The position numbers and the translations under genes were made by a program. A model generated the notes under the pieces. That model saw only the letters and a list, made by a program, of their open reading frames with translations, searched no databases and was not told where the DNA came from. A DNA stretch of 64,000 nucleotides from Spirochaetia bacterium (GTDB taxonomy: Bacteria; Spirochaetota; Spirochaetia; UBA9216). The stretch lies in contig OY776510.1 in the NCBI GenBank assembly GCA_963675665.1, positions 4,064,001 to 4,128,000 of the forward strand, given 5' to 3'. Shown here one piece after another: positions 17,974-28,573 of the stretch. Numbering within the stretch: position 1 is the stretch's first letter; each line of letters begins with the position of its first letter.

Positions 17974-20487
17974 TTACAAATTCATCATCTCGTTCAACCG
18001 ACGGTAAATACGTCCTATCTGTTTTCCATAACGTTTATCGGTAAGCTCGTCTGCAATTACTTCCAGACTTGAAAGACTTTCTTCTAGCGAAGCTGTAAAA
18101 CTGCTGCCCGAACTGTACCAGTAGCTGCCGTTTCCGTCGGTATGCAGGGTAATAAACCCGATCTTCTTTTTACTCTTCGGCTTTTTAAACAGATACATAA
18201 TCCGGTTTATCCCGTTAAATACGGTTTCTTCATCAAACCCCGAAGATGAATCGTTTACGGCCCCTGTGTAAAAAGCTGCCGGCATCTTTCCGGTTCTGTT
18301 TTTTTCGGGATCAATTACACTGCATATCCTGATAATATTCACCAGTTTTACACCGCTCAGAAATTCCCCGTCGGGTATCAGCACAACTCCCCTGACTTTC
18401 TTTAATCTGGAAAGTTCTCCGTGTTCAATGTTCTTTGCTACTGTTTTGAATTCATCCCACGGAAGCTGAACAATCTTGCGCCCGCCTTTTCCTGTCCTGA
18501 TATCAAACTGCTTGCCCCCGATTCTGATCCGGTTGCGGGACTGCTGTTCACCGGTTTCAGCCTTCCGGCTCCTGGTTTCATCGCGTCCCGTATCAACAAG
18601 CTCATAGTAAAGATCCTCCGAAATAATCTTGATCCATTCCCTTCTGAGCGGCGATACTGAACGGGCGAACATTCTTGAGGTTCGTACAACTTCACCGGCA
18701 ACTATGTATTTGGGACTTTCTCGAAACATTACCGATCCGGGATGTATGGAAATCTGTTCCGCTGTAAGACTCCGGTAAACGCCCCTTCCGGAACGGCAAC
18801 AGACAAACTGCATAAGCCCTGCCGAGACGGCACAGAGATAATCGGGTATTGTCCCTCCGCCGGATACAGGAACGCCTGTTTCCCGGACTATATCTTCAAG
18901 CTGTACCTTGATATTTGCAATTTCCGCCATAATACGATCATCAAGATAATATTTTCTGCAGAATTCTTCCTTGTTGTCTGCCTCAATATAGGAATCATAA
19001 AGTTTCAGGTATGAAACAAAATCTCCGTCGGCATCCCTGAATGAATGATGGGCGGCACGCGCCGCCATTTCCTCACCCTGGGGAAGGGTGTAAGGGGTAT
19101 GCGCCGTCAGAAAAGAAGCTGCCGTAATGGTTTCTTCAATTACGTCCGGATATCGTTTTATTGCTTCGACGATCATCCTTGAATGACGCGGCAGCATCGG
19201 AAATGCAGCCATCATTGTTCCGGTTTCGGTAAGATGATTTTCATCGTCAATTGCACCGAAAAGCCGCAGCGTCTCTACCGCAGCTATAAGGCCTTCCTTT
19301 CCGGGAGGCGAAATAAATTCAAAAGTATTGAAATCGGAGATGCCGAGTTCCGCCATTCTCAAGACAACCTCCGACAGGTCCGTCCTGTAGATTTCTTCAA
19401 TCGTAAAAAGGTCCCGGCTTTTAAAATCATCCTTTGTATACAGCCGGTAGCAGTCGCCGGGTCTTGTTCTTCCCGCACGGCCTTTACGCTGATTGCATGA
19501 AGCCTTGGAAACAGGCTTTTCTACAAGAGAAGACGTGTAGGTCCGCGGGCTGTAGAAATTAATCTTTGCATAGCCTGAATCAATTACCGCGGTTATCCCG
19601 TCGATGGTTATGCTTGTTTCGGCAATATTTGTTGCAACGACGACCTTGGTCTTTCCTTTCGGAGTTTCGATGAAAACCCTTTCCTGCTCTTCACGGCTCA
19701 GTCTGCCGTAAAGCGGAACGAGAAACAGTTTTTTACGAAAGGCTGAATCAGACAACAGTTTAACGCAATCCTTAATCACCTTTTCACCCTGAAGAAAAAC
19801 GAGTATATCGCCGTCCTGTCCCCTGTCGATATGACGCTCAACTATTTCAACAATCTTGATCAGCATGGAGTCTTCGGAATTCTCAAAACGGGGCGGTTCG
19901 TACCTGATATTTACCGGAAACGTTTCGGTTTCAATATGTACAACGGGGCATTTGTTGAAATATTCGGAAAACACTTCGGCATTAATTGTTGCCGAGGAAA
20001 TGATTACTTTCAGGTCGGCTCTTGTTTCAAGAAGCTTTTTAAGCAGTCCCAGGATAAAGTCTATATTAAGGCTCCGTTCATGCGCTTCATCAATCATGAT
20101 TACGCTGTAACGGCTCATGTAGGGATCTGCCTTAAGTTCCTGAAGAAGGATGCCGTCGGTCATTATCTTGATGCGTGTTTCGGGCGACGTAACGTCTTCA
20201 AAACGCATCTTGTAGCCGGTGAATCCTCCGACCTTAACTTTCAGCTGATCGGAAATATAGTCGCATACGGACAGTGTTGCAATCCTGCGGGGCTGCGTAA
20301 CGCCGATTATGCCGGATTGGGAATACCCTGCTTCATGCAGAATGAGCGGAAGCTGAGTTGTTTTTCCCGAGCCTGTAGGGCTTTCAACAACAACAACCTG
20401 GTTTTTTTCAAGGACCTCAAGTATTCTTTCGCGTTCCCGGTATACGGGCAGTTCTTCAGGGTTTATATGTCTTCGTATATTTGTCAA
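17974..20487 (-). CDS. hrpA: DEAH-box RNA helicase HrpA
   Basis: GSGKTTQLP, TQPRRIA, MTDGILL, DEAHERS, SAT, TNIAETSITI, QRKGRAGR, followed by HA2 and OB regions. Confidence 0.92.
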   Translation of the reverse strand: MTNIRRHINPEELPVYRERERILEVLEKNQVVVVESPTGSGKTTQLPLILHEAGYSQSGIIGVTQPRRIATLSVCDYISDQLKVKVGGFTGYKMRFEDVTSPETRIKIMTDGILLQELKADPYMSRYSVIMIDEAHERSLNIDFILGLLKKLLETRADLKVIISSATINAEVFSEYFNKCPVVHIETETFPVNIRYEPPRFENSEDSMLIKIVEIVERHIDRGQDGDILVFLQGEKVIKDCVKLLSDSAFRKKLFLVPLYGRLSREEQERVFIETPKGKTKVVVATNIAETSITIDGITAVIDSGYAKINFYSPRTYTSSLVEKPVSKASCNQRKGRAGRTRPGDCYRLYTKDDFKSRDLFTIEEIYRTDLSEVVLRMAELGISDFNTFEFISPPGKEGLIAAVETLRLFGAIDDENHLTETGTMMAAFPMLPRHSRMIVEAIKRYPDVIEETITAASFLTAHTPYTLPQGEEMAARAAHHSFRDADGDFVSYLKLYDSYIEADNKEEFCRKYYLDDRIMAEIANIKVQLEDIVRETGVPVSGGGTIPDYLCAVSAGLMQFVCCRSGRGVYRSLTAEQISIHPGSVMFRESPKYIVAGEVVRTSRMFARSVSPLRREWIKIISEDLYYELVDTGRDETRSRKAETGEQQSRNRIRIGGKQFDIRTGKGGRKIVQLPWDEFKTVAKNIEHGELSRLKKVRGVVLIPDGEFLSGVKLVNIIRICSVIDPEKNRTGKMPAAFYTGAVNDSSSGFDEETVFNGINRIMYLFKKPKSKKKIGFITLHTDGNGSYWYSSGSSFTASLEESLSSLEVIADELTDKRYGKQIGRIYRRLNEMMNL

Positions 20488-21307
20488 TTAATAATCTCGC
20501 TATTGTGCCCGGCCCGGGTATGGACGGGAAATTGCCCGGATTATACCAACCGGCATGTTCAATTTCTCTGCCGTCCGGAACTATTTCTCCGGACTTCCAT
20601 TCCGCGGACAGGCCCAGCATTAATGAATCGGGAAACGGCCAGCTCTGACTGGCTATATACCGGATGTTCCCAATCTCTATTCCGCATTCTTCACGCACTT
20701 CGCGAATTGCGGTCTGCTCTATTGTTTCGCCCATTTCCATAAACCCGGCAAGGACGCTGTACCGGCCTTCGGGAAAACGTCTGTTATGGGCAAGCAGGAT
20801 ATCGTTTCCCTTTTGGATAAGTATGATTATTGCCGGAGATATTTTCGGAAACTGCAGGTTTCCGCACTCGGGGCATTTCTTTGCGCATTCATGCTCATGC
20901 CAGTTATTTTTTGCTCCGCAGTACCCGCAGAATATGCTGTTGCGGTCCCAGTGAAGCAAATGCGATGCATATCCGGCGGCTTCGCAGATAACCTTGTCAA
21001 GTTCCGCAATATATCGGCGTAAAAGTACAAACTGCTGTTCACCGTACCCGTCGCCGGCCATGGTCTCAAAGCCGTCGGTATCAAATCCTGCAGGCAGATT
21101 GAACGCATAGCAGTTTTTGGCCCCTATTGTTCCGAAATATCTGCCTCCGGAATCAGGATCTATTCCGTTTTCATTCAGAAATGAAGAGACTTCATCAATC
21201 ACAGGAACCAGTTCATTTTTTACCAGCATTTCCGTTCCGGAAAAAACAAATGCCAAATCGGTTCCCGTTTGCAACCGTTTTTCAGTATAACCGGATTCAA
21301 ATTTCAT
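20456..21307 (-). CDS. nudC: NAD(+) diphosphatase NudC
   Basis: FCGYCG...CPECG Zn ribbon, Nudix box GFMEMGETIEQTAIREVREECG, SQSWPFPDSLM. Confidence 0.93.
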   Translation of the reverse strand: MKFESGYTEKRLQTGTDLAFVFSGTEMLVKNELVPVIDEVSSFLNENGIDPDSGGRYFGTIGAKNCYAFNLPAGFDTDGFETMAGDGYGEQQFVLLRRYIAELDKVICEAAGYASHLLHWDRNSIFCGYCGAKNNWHEHECAKKCPECGNLQFPKISPAIIILIQKGNDILLAHNRRFPEGRYSVLAGFMEMGETIEQTAIREVREECGIEIGNIRYIASQSWPFPDSLMLGLSAEWKSGEIVPDGREIEHAGWYNPGNFPSIPGPGTIARLLIDKYTKTYKP

Positions 21308-22350
21308 TAAGCCTGAATTACCTCTTTAATAATATCCGCACCGATACTTTCCATTACGGTTTCTCCGATATTCTTTTGAAGGATAAACCGCAACTCCCCG
21401 TTCTTTTTTTTCTTGTCGGAAAAAAGAGCGTCCATAAAAATTGTATGATTAAAATCGCTGAAATCAATATTATAGCCGTATTTCCGCAGAATATTATCAA
21501 CTCTTGAGACATAAGCTTCAGAGGTTATTCCCATAAGGGCTCCTGCCCGCGCCGCACGGCTGATTCCCCACGCAACAGCTTCTCCGTGTGTAAAACTGCC
21601 CAGCCCGGCTGCAGTTTCAAGCGCATGACCGAATGTATGTCCCAGATTAAGATGGGCGCGTATTCCCTGTTCCCTGAAATCCTGCTCTATATATTCCGCT
21701 TTCACCTTCAGGCTTCTAAAAATAAGTTCCTGCATAATTTCGGGGTCACGGCTGCTTATATCTTCCGCATGTTCTTCTATATAACCAAGAAGGTTGTCGC
21801 CCGACAGAAATCCGTGTTTGATTATTTCGGCAAGACCGCTTTTATATTCGCTTCCTGAAAGGGTCTGAAGAAATTCCGTGTAAATAAAAACGTTTTCGGC
21901 CGGATAAAAACTGCCTATCAGATTCTTCCTGTCAAGAAAATCAACGCCGGTTTTTCCGCCGATAGACGCATCAACCATCGAAAGAAGCGTTGTCGGCGCC
22001 AAAGCAAGTCTGCATCCGCGCATATAAACCGACGCGGCAAAGGCAGTCATATCGCAGATAACACCTCCGCCGAGCCCGATAATAACGGCCCCGCGATCAA
22101 GCCCTGTTCTGACTGCAGCTTCAGCTATTGTTTCAATTGAGGAAAGGCTTTTATACCTCTCTCCCGGTCCGAGCACAACAGAATTACTTCCTGCGGAAAC
22201 AAATGCCTGCGCAGCAGCGGATTTTATCATGGTTTCATCTGTTACCAGCAGACTGTTGCCGGGAGCGGGTTCAAACCCGCTGAAATCAGCTCTCCTGCCT
22301 ATTGCTATATGTGTTTTTTTATTCTCAAGTTGAACATCAAAGCTTATCAT
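21307..22350 (-). CDS. aroB: 3-dehydroquinate synthase
   Basis: GGGVICD, PTTLLSMVDASIGGKTG, KNLIGSF, LNLGHTFGHALE, HGEAV, DKK. Confidence 0.95.
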   Translation of the reverse strand: MISFDVQLENKKTHIAIGRRADFSGFEPAPGNSLLVTDETMIKSAAAQAFVSAGSNSVVLGPGERYKSLSSIETIAEAAVRTGLDRGAVIIGLGGGVICDMTAFAASVYMRGCRLALAPTTLLSMVDASIGGKTGVDFLDRKNLIGSFYPAENVFIYTEFLQTLSGSEYKSGLAEIIKHGFLSGDNLLGYIEEHAEDISSRDPEIMQELIFRSLKVKAEYIEQDFREQGIRAHLNLGHTFGHALETAAGLGSFTHGEAVAWGISRAARAGALMGITSEAYVSRVDNILRKYGYNIDFSDFNHTIFMDALFSDKKKKNGELRFILQKNIGETVMESIGADIIKEVIQA

Positions 22351-22431
22351 CTCTATTATGATTATACAGAAAAAATCTTCCTGCGGATAGGCTCCGTTGA
22401 CTATGGCCAGACAGACTGTTATTATTCGTTC

Positions 22432-24012
22432 ATGAAAAAGCTTTTAATTATTTCAATAGCATTATTTATGCTTATAGCGCCGGTTTTTGCCGACGAAACG
22501 GAATCAGCTTCGGGCTCTGAACCCGGTTTCGGGCTGCAGTCCAATATCTTTCAGTATGTCCTTACAAACTCCAACAGCATGTTAAGCTCGGCAAACGGAT
22601 TTCCGACTAATTTTGAGGAACTGAATGATTATCCGCTGACTCCCGGCGATATTTTCACCCTGCTTATCAATTATGGGGCAAATACTGAACGAAGCGCTGA
22701 TTATATCACAACATATAATATTCAGCTTCAGCCTGATTACACGCTTATGCTGCCGTTTATAGGAAAAACCAACGTCTCAGGAATGAGCATATCCGATCTC
22801 CAAACCATGATTTCAAGACGGATTTCAGATATGATGCCGGTCCAGTTTGTAACATTCAACCTGACAACACCTGCGAATTTCAATGTTTTTATTTACGGCG
22901 GCGTAAATGTTTCAGGATACATAAATGCCACTCCCGTAACAACAGTCATAGATGCGATAGCAATGTGCAAAGGCTTCAAAGTAAATGCTTCATACCGGGA
23001 TGTCAGAATTATCCGCGGCGAAGAAACCATCGGCGTGGATATTTCCAAATTCTATACCTATGCCGATTTCAACTCTAATCCGCGGCTGATTCCGGGTGAT
23101 AGACTTTATGTTCCGATGGCGGAAAAAATAGTAACCGTTACCGGAATGATAAAATACCCCGGAACATATGAACTTGCCGGCGAGGAAAACCTGGATACAC
23201 TGCTTAAGCTGGCCGGAGAACTTCAGCCCGGAGCATGGAGGGAACGAATAGAGATTGCCAGAATTGATCCGTCCGGAAAAACAACAAAGATCCAGACTGA
23301 ATACAGGAAGGCCGGTTCCTTCGTACTGGAAAACGGCGATTCTATCTCAATTCCGTCAATCTCGGAAAACGCCGAAACGATTACAGTAGAGGGCGCCGTC
23401 TACGGAGCAGTAGTTTCCGGGGCCTCACCTTTTGTAGCTCCTACTGCTTCCGTCAAACTTGAAGTTCCGTTTTATTCCGGCATAAGCCTTCTCAATGTGC
23501 TTGACAAGGTCGGCGGACCTACCCCGTATGCAGTAACCTCGGAAGCCCGGTTAAAACACAATGGAACCGGGGAATTTGTCGAACTTGATATAGATGAGTT
23601 ATGGAAAACAAGAAATCTTGAATATGATATCGAACTGGCCCCGGGAGACCATATTCTGATTCCTGTAGAGAAATCCTTCGTGGGTGTTTTCGGCGCCGTT
23701 AACACCACCGATTCGGATACTTACTCCATACCCCATGTTAACGGGTATACCGTTATGGATTATATAGTAGCGGCGGGAGGCATCAATTATCAGACGGCAA
23801 ATCCCAATAATATAGAGCTGATTGATCGCGAAGGCAACCGCACTGATATCGAACTTACGGATGAAGTTCCGCCGGGTTCCATTATTTATGTAAACCAGAA
23901 CATTCTTCAGTCTGCAGATGATGTTTTCGGCAATATTTTCATAGTTACAGGCTGGGCTACAGTAATAATGACTTTCGTCACAACAATATTAAACTTTGCC
24001 GGTAATTTCTGA
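22432..24012 (+). CDS. SLBB-repeat polysaccharide export protein (Wza/KpsD-like)
   Basis: Signal MKKLLIISIALFMLIAPVFA; DYPLTPGD Poly_export motif; repeated SLBB units (VTGMIKYPGTYEL, LAPGDHILIP, DYIVAAGG); C-terminal hydrophobic helix. Start reassigned from 22309. Confidence 0.85.
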   Translation: MKKLLIISIALFMLIAPVFADETESASGSEPGFGLQSNIFQYVLTNSNSMLSSANGFPTNFEELNDYPLTPGDIFTLLINYGANTERSADYITTYNIQLQPDYTLMLPFIGKTNVSGMSISDLQTMISRRISDMMPVQFVTFNLTTPANFNVFIYGGVNVSGYINATPVTTVIDAIAMCKGFKVNASYRDVRIIRGEETIGVDISKFYTYADFNSNPRLIPGDRLYVPMAEKIVTVTGMIKYPGTYELAGEENLDTLLKLAGELQPGAWRERIEIARIDPSGKTTKIQTEYRKAGSFVLENGDSISIPSISENAETITVEGAVYGAVVSGASPFVAPTASVKLEVPFYSGISLLNVLDKVGGPTPYAVTSEARLKHNGTGEFVELDIDELWKTRNLEYDIELAPGDHILIPVEKSFVGVFGAVNTTDSDTYSIPHVNGYTVMDYIVAAGGINYQTANPNNIELIDREGNRTDIELTDEVPPGSIIYVNQNILQSADDVFGNIFIVTGWATVIMTFVTTILNFAGNF

Positions 24013-24026
24013 GACTTTTTATTATA

Positions 24027-24070
24027 ACACATGTCAAAGGCTGACAAACCTGGCAGCCTTTGACATGTGT
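24027..24070. terminator. Perfect 17-bp-stem hairpin between convergent genes
   Basis: ACACATGTCAAAGGCTG-10 nt-CAGCCTTTGACATGTGT. Confidence 0.75.
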
Positions 24071-24091
24071 ATCTTTAATTTAATTTAAAAG

Positions 24092-24403
24092 CTAGTTAGA
24101 ATCGTAACCTACACTTGGAAGAAATGTAAAAGACTGTACCATACTCTTTATAAACGGATCATTTATTGAATATATTCTCTTATTTCCCCTGACGTCTGAC
24201 TCAACAATTTCCTTTTCCTTAAGAACAGCAAGATGCTGGGAGATAACCGGTTGGGATTGTTCAAGACACTGCCAGAGTTCGGTAACACATGAATCCTGCT
24301 TTTCTATAAGGCAAAGAATTTTAAGCCTGACAGGATGCCCGCAGACTTTAAGTTTCTCAGCTAAAACTCTAATTTCATTATCATTACATTTGTCATTTCC
24401 CAT
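24092..24403 (-). CDS. ArsR/SmtB-family regulator
   Basis: LKVCGHPVRLKIL...CVTELWQCLEQSQPVISQHLAVLK...GNKRIYS. Confidence 0.9.
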   Translation of the reverse strand: MGNDKCNDNEIRVLAEKLKVCGHPVRLKILCLIEKQDSCVTELWQCLEQSQPVISQHLAVLKEKEIVESDVRGNKRIYSINDPFIKSMVQSFTFLPSVGYDSN

Positions 24404-24527
24404 AATGTGTAAGAATACAGTGTTTTGTATAATTCATCAAGTATCACTATATATATATTTCCAAAAGTCTATGGAAAGTGCCCTGCTACTTGAAAAAAAG
24501 CGTCATGGTTAATATTATCTCGTAATC

Positions 24528-25694
24528 ATGCATCGTATTTACCTTGACTGGGCAGCAACTGCCGTACCCGACGCACAAAGCCTTAATGCCGCCCTTGGCC
24601 AGACTATGGCAGACTTCGGAAACCCGTCATCCCCGCACCAGCGCGGCAAGGATGCGTCAGCCGTTTTATCCGGCTGCCGGAAAAAACTGTCCGGATCATT
24701 CAGCTGCAGTCCGAACCAGTTGTTTTTTACAGCGGGAGGCACCGAATCAAACAATATAGTTCTTATGTCCCTGCTTAACAAAAACCGTAAAGGAAATCTG
24801 GTAATTTCGGGCATAGAACATTCATCGGTATACGAACCGGCAATGCTGCTTGAAAAACACGGCTGGGAAGTAAGGATTGTTCCGTCCGGGGCAGACGGAA
24901 TAGTTGATCCGGAAAACTTTTGCAAACGTATGGATTCAAATACTTTCATTGCTTCCATGATGATGGTCAACAACGAAACCGGAGCAATTCAGCCCGTTGA
25001 AGAAATCGGCAACTTTATATCCGCCGGACAGCTCCGTGTTCATTTTCATATAGACGCCGTACAGGCTGCCGGCAAGATACAGTTGAACATGAACAGCCTG
25101 CATGCAGATTCTGTTTCGATCAGCAGTCATAAATTCCGTGGCCCAAGAGGTGCCGGACTGCTTTATCTTAAAAAACCGCTTGTTCCTGTCTATTCGGGCG
25201 GAGGACAGGAAAACGGAATCAGGCACGGAACGGAAAATATGTATGCGGTTCTCGGCACCTCGCTGACCGCGGCAAAGGCTGTTGAAGCTGTTGATGCAAA
25301 TCTCGAACATGCGCTGAGACTGAAAAAAATATTGACAGAACAAATCTCAAAGATAAAAAATGCAATTTTTCTTCCTCACAATAATATCAGCGATCTGCTC
25401 AATCCCGAAAAATTCTCTCCCTATATTCTTTCAGTCGGCATCAGACCCGTACCCGGAGAAATCCTTGTCCGGGTCATGAGCGACAGGGGATTTGATATAG
25501 CCACAGGCTCGGCCTGCGCAACCGGAAAGAAAAAAAAGTCGCGTGTTATGGAAGCAATGGGCGTCAACCCGGAGACAGCTTTTTCAACCGTCAGGATTTC
25601 TACGGGACCGGCAACAACAATCGATGAAATTGAGCAGTTCTGCGATACTTTTAAGCGGGAATCCGCTATACTTATAAAACAGCTCTCACGATAG
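24528..25694 (+). CDS. Cysteine desulfurase (IscS/NifZ-like, ThiI partner)
   Basis: YLDWAAT, GNPSS, GGTESNN, NNETG, SSHKFRGP (PLP Lys), GSAC. Confidence 0.92.
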   Translation: MHRIYLDWAATAVPDAQSLNAALGQTMADFGNPSSPHQRGKDASAVLSGCRKKLSGSFSCSPNQLFFTAGGTESNNIVLMSLLNKNRKGNLVISGIEHSSVYEPAMLLEKHGWEVRIVPSGADGIVDPENFCKRMDSNTFIASMMMVNNETGAIQPVEEIGNFISAGQLRVHFHIDAVQAAGKIQLNMNSLHADSVSISSHKFRGPRGAGLLYLKKPLVPVYSGGGQENGIRHGTENMYAVLGTSLTAAKAVEAVDANLEHALRLKKILTEQISKIKNAIFLPHNNISDLLNPEKFSPYILSVGIRPVPGEILVRVMSDRGFDIATGSACATGKKKKSRVMEAMGVNPETAFSTVRISTGPATTIDEIEQFCDTFKRESAILIKQLSR

Positions 25695-25714
25695 GGGCTG
25701 CGGGAGCATTTTTT

Positions 25715-26902
25715 TTGAACAGATTATACTTGATTAAAATAGGTGAAATAGCGCTGAAGGGCGGCAACCGCAATTTTTTTGAAAAAAGGTTGAAAAAAAA
25801 TATTAAACTCAGCCTCAGGGGCGTAAATTGTACTGTTTCAGGCGGCCGGGGCCGTTTTTTTATTGAAGCGCCTGTTGAAGACGCCGCTGCAGTTGAATCG
25901 GTTCTTTCGAATACATTCGGAATTAAAGGATACTCGGAAGTTACAAGATTAAAAAAGGACATCAAACTAATCACTGAAGAAGCCGTCAGGCAGGCTGCCT
26001 CAAACATCAAGAACGGGGAAGGTTCCCGTTTCAAGATTAATTCAAGGCGGGCCGACAAGGGCTTCCCGATGAAATCATACGACATATCCTGCGCAGTGGG
26101 CGATGCCGTACTTGAAAATGTACCGGGAACAATAGTAGACGTTAAAAACCCCGACTGGGCTGTAAATATCGAGCTGCGCGAAACCGCATATGTTTACGGG
26201 CGCGTCAGTCGCGGCCCGGGAGGACTTCCCGTAGGTTCCGCCGGAGGCGGCCTTTTGCTTCTTTCGGGAGGAATCGACTCGCCTGTAGCCGGGTGGCTGA
26301 TGGCCAAACGCGGGCTTAAGCTTGACGCTATTTATTTTCACACTTATCCGTACACCTCGGACGAAGCAAAGCAGAAGGTAATTGATCTTGCCGACATTCT
26401 GTCGCACCACACCTGCGGTCTGAACCTGTACATCGTTCCTTTCACGGATGTTCAACTGAAAATTAAGGAAAATGGATTTGAGAAGGCCACTACCCTTCTG
26501 ATGCGTCATGCCATGGTAAGAATTGCTGACCGGATAGCCAAAGGCAGCAACGGTCTTGCTCTTGTAACCGGAGAAGCTCTTTCGCAGGTTGCAAGCCAGA
26601 CGCCTGAAAGCATACGCTATACCGGCAGCGGAACCGATTTGCCGATCTTCAGACCGCTGATCGGAATGGACAAAGAGGAAATAATCCGGATTGCCGAAAA
26701 AATCGGCACATACCGGACCTCAATTCTGCCGTTCGAAGACTGCTGCACGCTCTTTGCGCCCGAGCATCCGATAACACATCCGGATTTTGAACGGCTTACC
26801 GCAGAATTCAAAGAACTGGACATTGAAGATTTGATGAATAAGACGGCGGATGAAACAGAAAAGATTTACCTTAAAGGTTACCGCAATGGGACCAACGATT
26901 AA
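25715..26902 (+). CDS. thiI: tRNA 4-thiouridine synthase ThiI (no rhodanese domain)
   Basis: GEIALKGGNR, THUMP domain, PP-loop LSGGIDSPVA, TGEALSQVASQT, EDCC. Confidence 0.95.
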   Translation: MNRLYLIKIGEIALKGGNRNFFEKRLKKNIKLSLRGVNCTVSGGRGRFFIEAPVEDAAAVESVLSNTFGIKGYSEVTRLKKDIKLITEEAVRQAASNIKNGEGSRFKINSRRADKGFPMKSYDISCAVGDAVLENVPGTIVDVKNPDWAVNIELRETAYVYGRVSRGPGGLPVGSAGGGLLLLSGGIDSPVAGWLMAKRGLKLDAIYFHTYPYTSDEAKQKVIDLADILSHHTCGLNLYIVPFTDVQLKIKENGFEKATTLLMRHAMVRIADRIAKGSNGLALVTGEALSQVASQTPESIRYTGSGTDLPIFRPLIGMDKEEIIRIAEKIGTYRTSILPFEDCCTLFAPEHPITHPDFERLTAEFKELDIEDLMNKTADETEKIYLKGYRNGTND

Positions 26903-26926
26903 ACGCGATATATTTATAACCGGAGT

Positions 26927-27202
26927 ATGGAAATGAAATCATTTATTACAGTAATCGGAAACGACACAGTGGGCATTATAGCCTCAATAGCAAATATTCT
27001 TGCACAACGCAACGTAAATATCCTCGATATTAACCAGACGGTTATGCAGGAAATATTTACCATGATAATGATGGTAGACACTTCCGGGCTTAGCTGCCCG
27101 TTTTCGGAATTAGCCGACAAACTTACCGAATACGGGAAAGAGGCGGGACTCTCCGTCCGGATACAGCGTGAAGAAATTTTCAATTCCATGCACAGGATAT
27201 AA
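26927..27202 (+). CDS. ACT-domain protein (UPF0237)
   Basis: ITVIGNDTVGIIA...NILDINQT...FNSMHRI; canonical partner of DUF711. Confidence 0.9.
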   Translation: MEMKSFITVIGNDTVGIIASIANILAQRNVNILDINQTVMQEIFTMIMMVDTSGLSCPFSELADKLTEYGKEAGLSVRIQREEIFNSMHRI

Positions 27203-27214
27203 GGGAGCAGCCTC

Positions 27215-28573
27215 ATGATCAGACCAAGTGAAATTCTTGAAACGATTGAAATGATCGACCGTGAGAACCTGGATATCAGGACCATTACCATGGGGATATC
27301 ACTGCGCGACTGCGCATCCGAATCAGGTAAAAAATCCAGGCAGAGAATCTACGATAAAATCAACAGGCTCGCGGGAGAACTGGTCAATACCGCCAGGGAT
27401 ATTCAGACTGAATACGGAATTCCCATTATCAACAAGCGTATTTCCGTTACGCCCATTTCAATGGTTGCCGAATCGTCCGATGAGGAAAATTACGCATCGT
27501 TTGCCGAAACGCTTGATCGCGCGGCTGCTGAAACCGGGGTCGACTTTATCGGAGGGTTTTCCGCACTTGTTCATAAAGGATATACGTCGGGAGATATAAA
27601 ACTGATAAGATCCATTCCGGAAGCCCTTTCTTCAACTGCAAAGGTGTGCTCTTCAGTCAATATAGCGACCACACGGGCGGGGCTCAATATGGATGCCGTT
27701 GCCCGGATGGGGAGGATAATCAAGGAAACCGCGGAGCTTACCGCAGATAAGGGCGGCCTCGGATGCGCCAAGCTTGTTGTATTCTCGAATGTCCCTGAAG
27801 ACAATCCTTTTATGGCCGGAGCTTTTCATGGAATCGGCGAACCTGAATCGGTTATCAACGTAGGAATAAGCGGTCCCGGCGTTGTCCAGAGCGCTATAAA
27901 AAGAGTGCCCGGAGAAGACTTCGGCGTTGTTGCCGAGGTTATCAAAAAATCAGCTTTCAAGATTACGCGTATCGGCGAACTGGTAGCAAGGGAAGCCTCA
28001 CGCCGCCTGTCTACTACCTTCGGTATCGTAGATCTGTCGCTTGCCCCCACACCGGCAATGGGAGACAGCGTAGCCCACATACTTGAGGAAATGGGCCTTG
28101 AAAAATGCGGAGCTCCGGGAACAACAGCAGCTCTGGCGCTTCTGAACGATGCAGTTAAAAAGGGCGGCGCCATGGCGTCTTCATACGTCGGGGGCCTCAG
28201 CGGTTCATTTATTCCGGTAAGCGAAGACGCCGGCATGATTGACGCCGTTCGCTGCGGCAGTCTGAGCCTTGAGAAACTTGAGGCAATGACCTGCGTATGC
28301 TCGGTAGGCCTTGATATGATTGTAGTTCCGGGCGATACAAGCGCCGAAACAATTTCCGGTATTATTGCGGATGAGGCTGCAATAGGGATGGTAAACCATA
28401 AAACCACTGCAGTAAGAATTATTCCGGCCCCCGGCATGAAAATCGGTGATACCGTTGAATTCGGGGGACTTCTCGGCAGCGGACCTGTGATGAAAGTAAA
28501 TAATTTCAGCAATAACGAGTTTATTGCCAGAGGCGGCCGCATTCCGGCCCCAATCAACAGCATGAGAAACTGA
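27215..28573 (+). CDS. PFL-like DUF711/UPF0210 protein
   Basis: [53 protein letters not shown]. Confidence 0.92.
   Translation: MIRPSEILETIEMIDRENLDIRTITMGISLRDCASESGKKSRQRIYDKINRLAGELVNTARDIQTEYGIPIINKRISVTPISMVAESSDEENYASFAETLDRAAAETGVDFIGGFSALVHKGYTSGDIKLIRSIPEALSSTAKVCSSVNIATTRAGLNMDAVARMGRIIKETAELTADKGGLGCAKLVVFSNVPEDNPFMAGAFHGIGEPESVINVGISGPGVVQSAIKRVPGEDFGVVAEVIKKSAFKITRIGELVAREASRRLSTTFGIVDLSLAPTPAMGDSVAHILEEMGLEKCGAPGTTAALALLNDAVKKGGAMASSYVGGLSGSFIPVSEDAGMIDAVRCGSLSLEKLEAMTCVCSVGLDMIVVPGDTSAETISGIIADEAAIGMVNHKTTAVRIIPAPGMKIGDTVEFGGLLGSGPVMKVNNFSNNEFIARGGRIPAPINSMRN

Noticed and set aside
24027-24070. Long inverted repeat as MITE/REP element
   Set aside because: No second copy in the window and no target duplication; position fits a bidirectional terminator.
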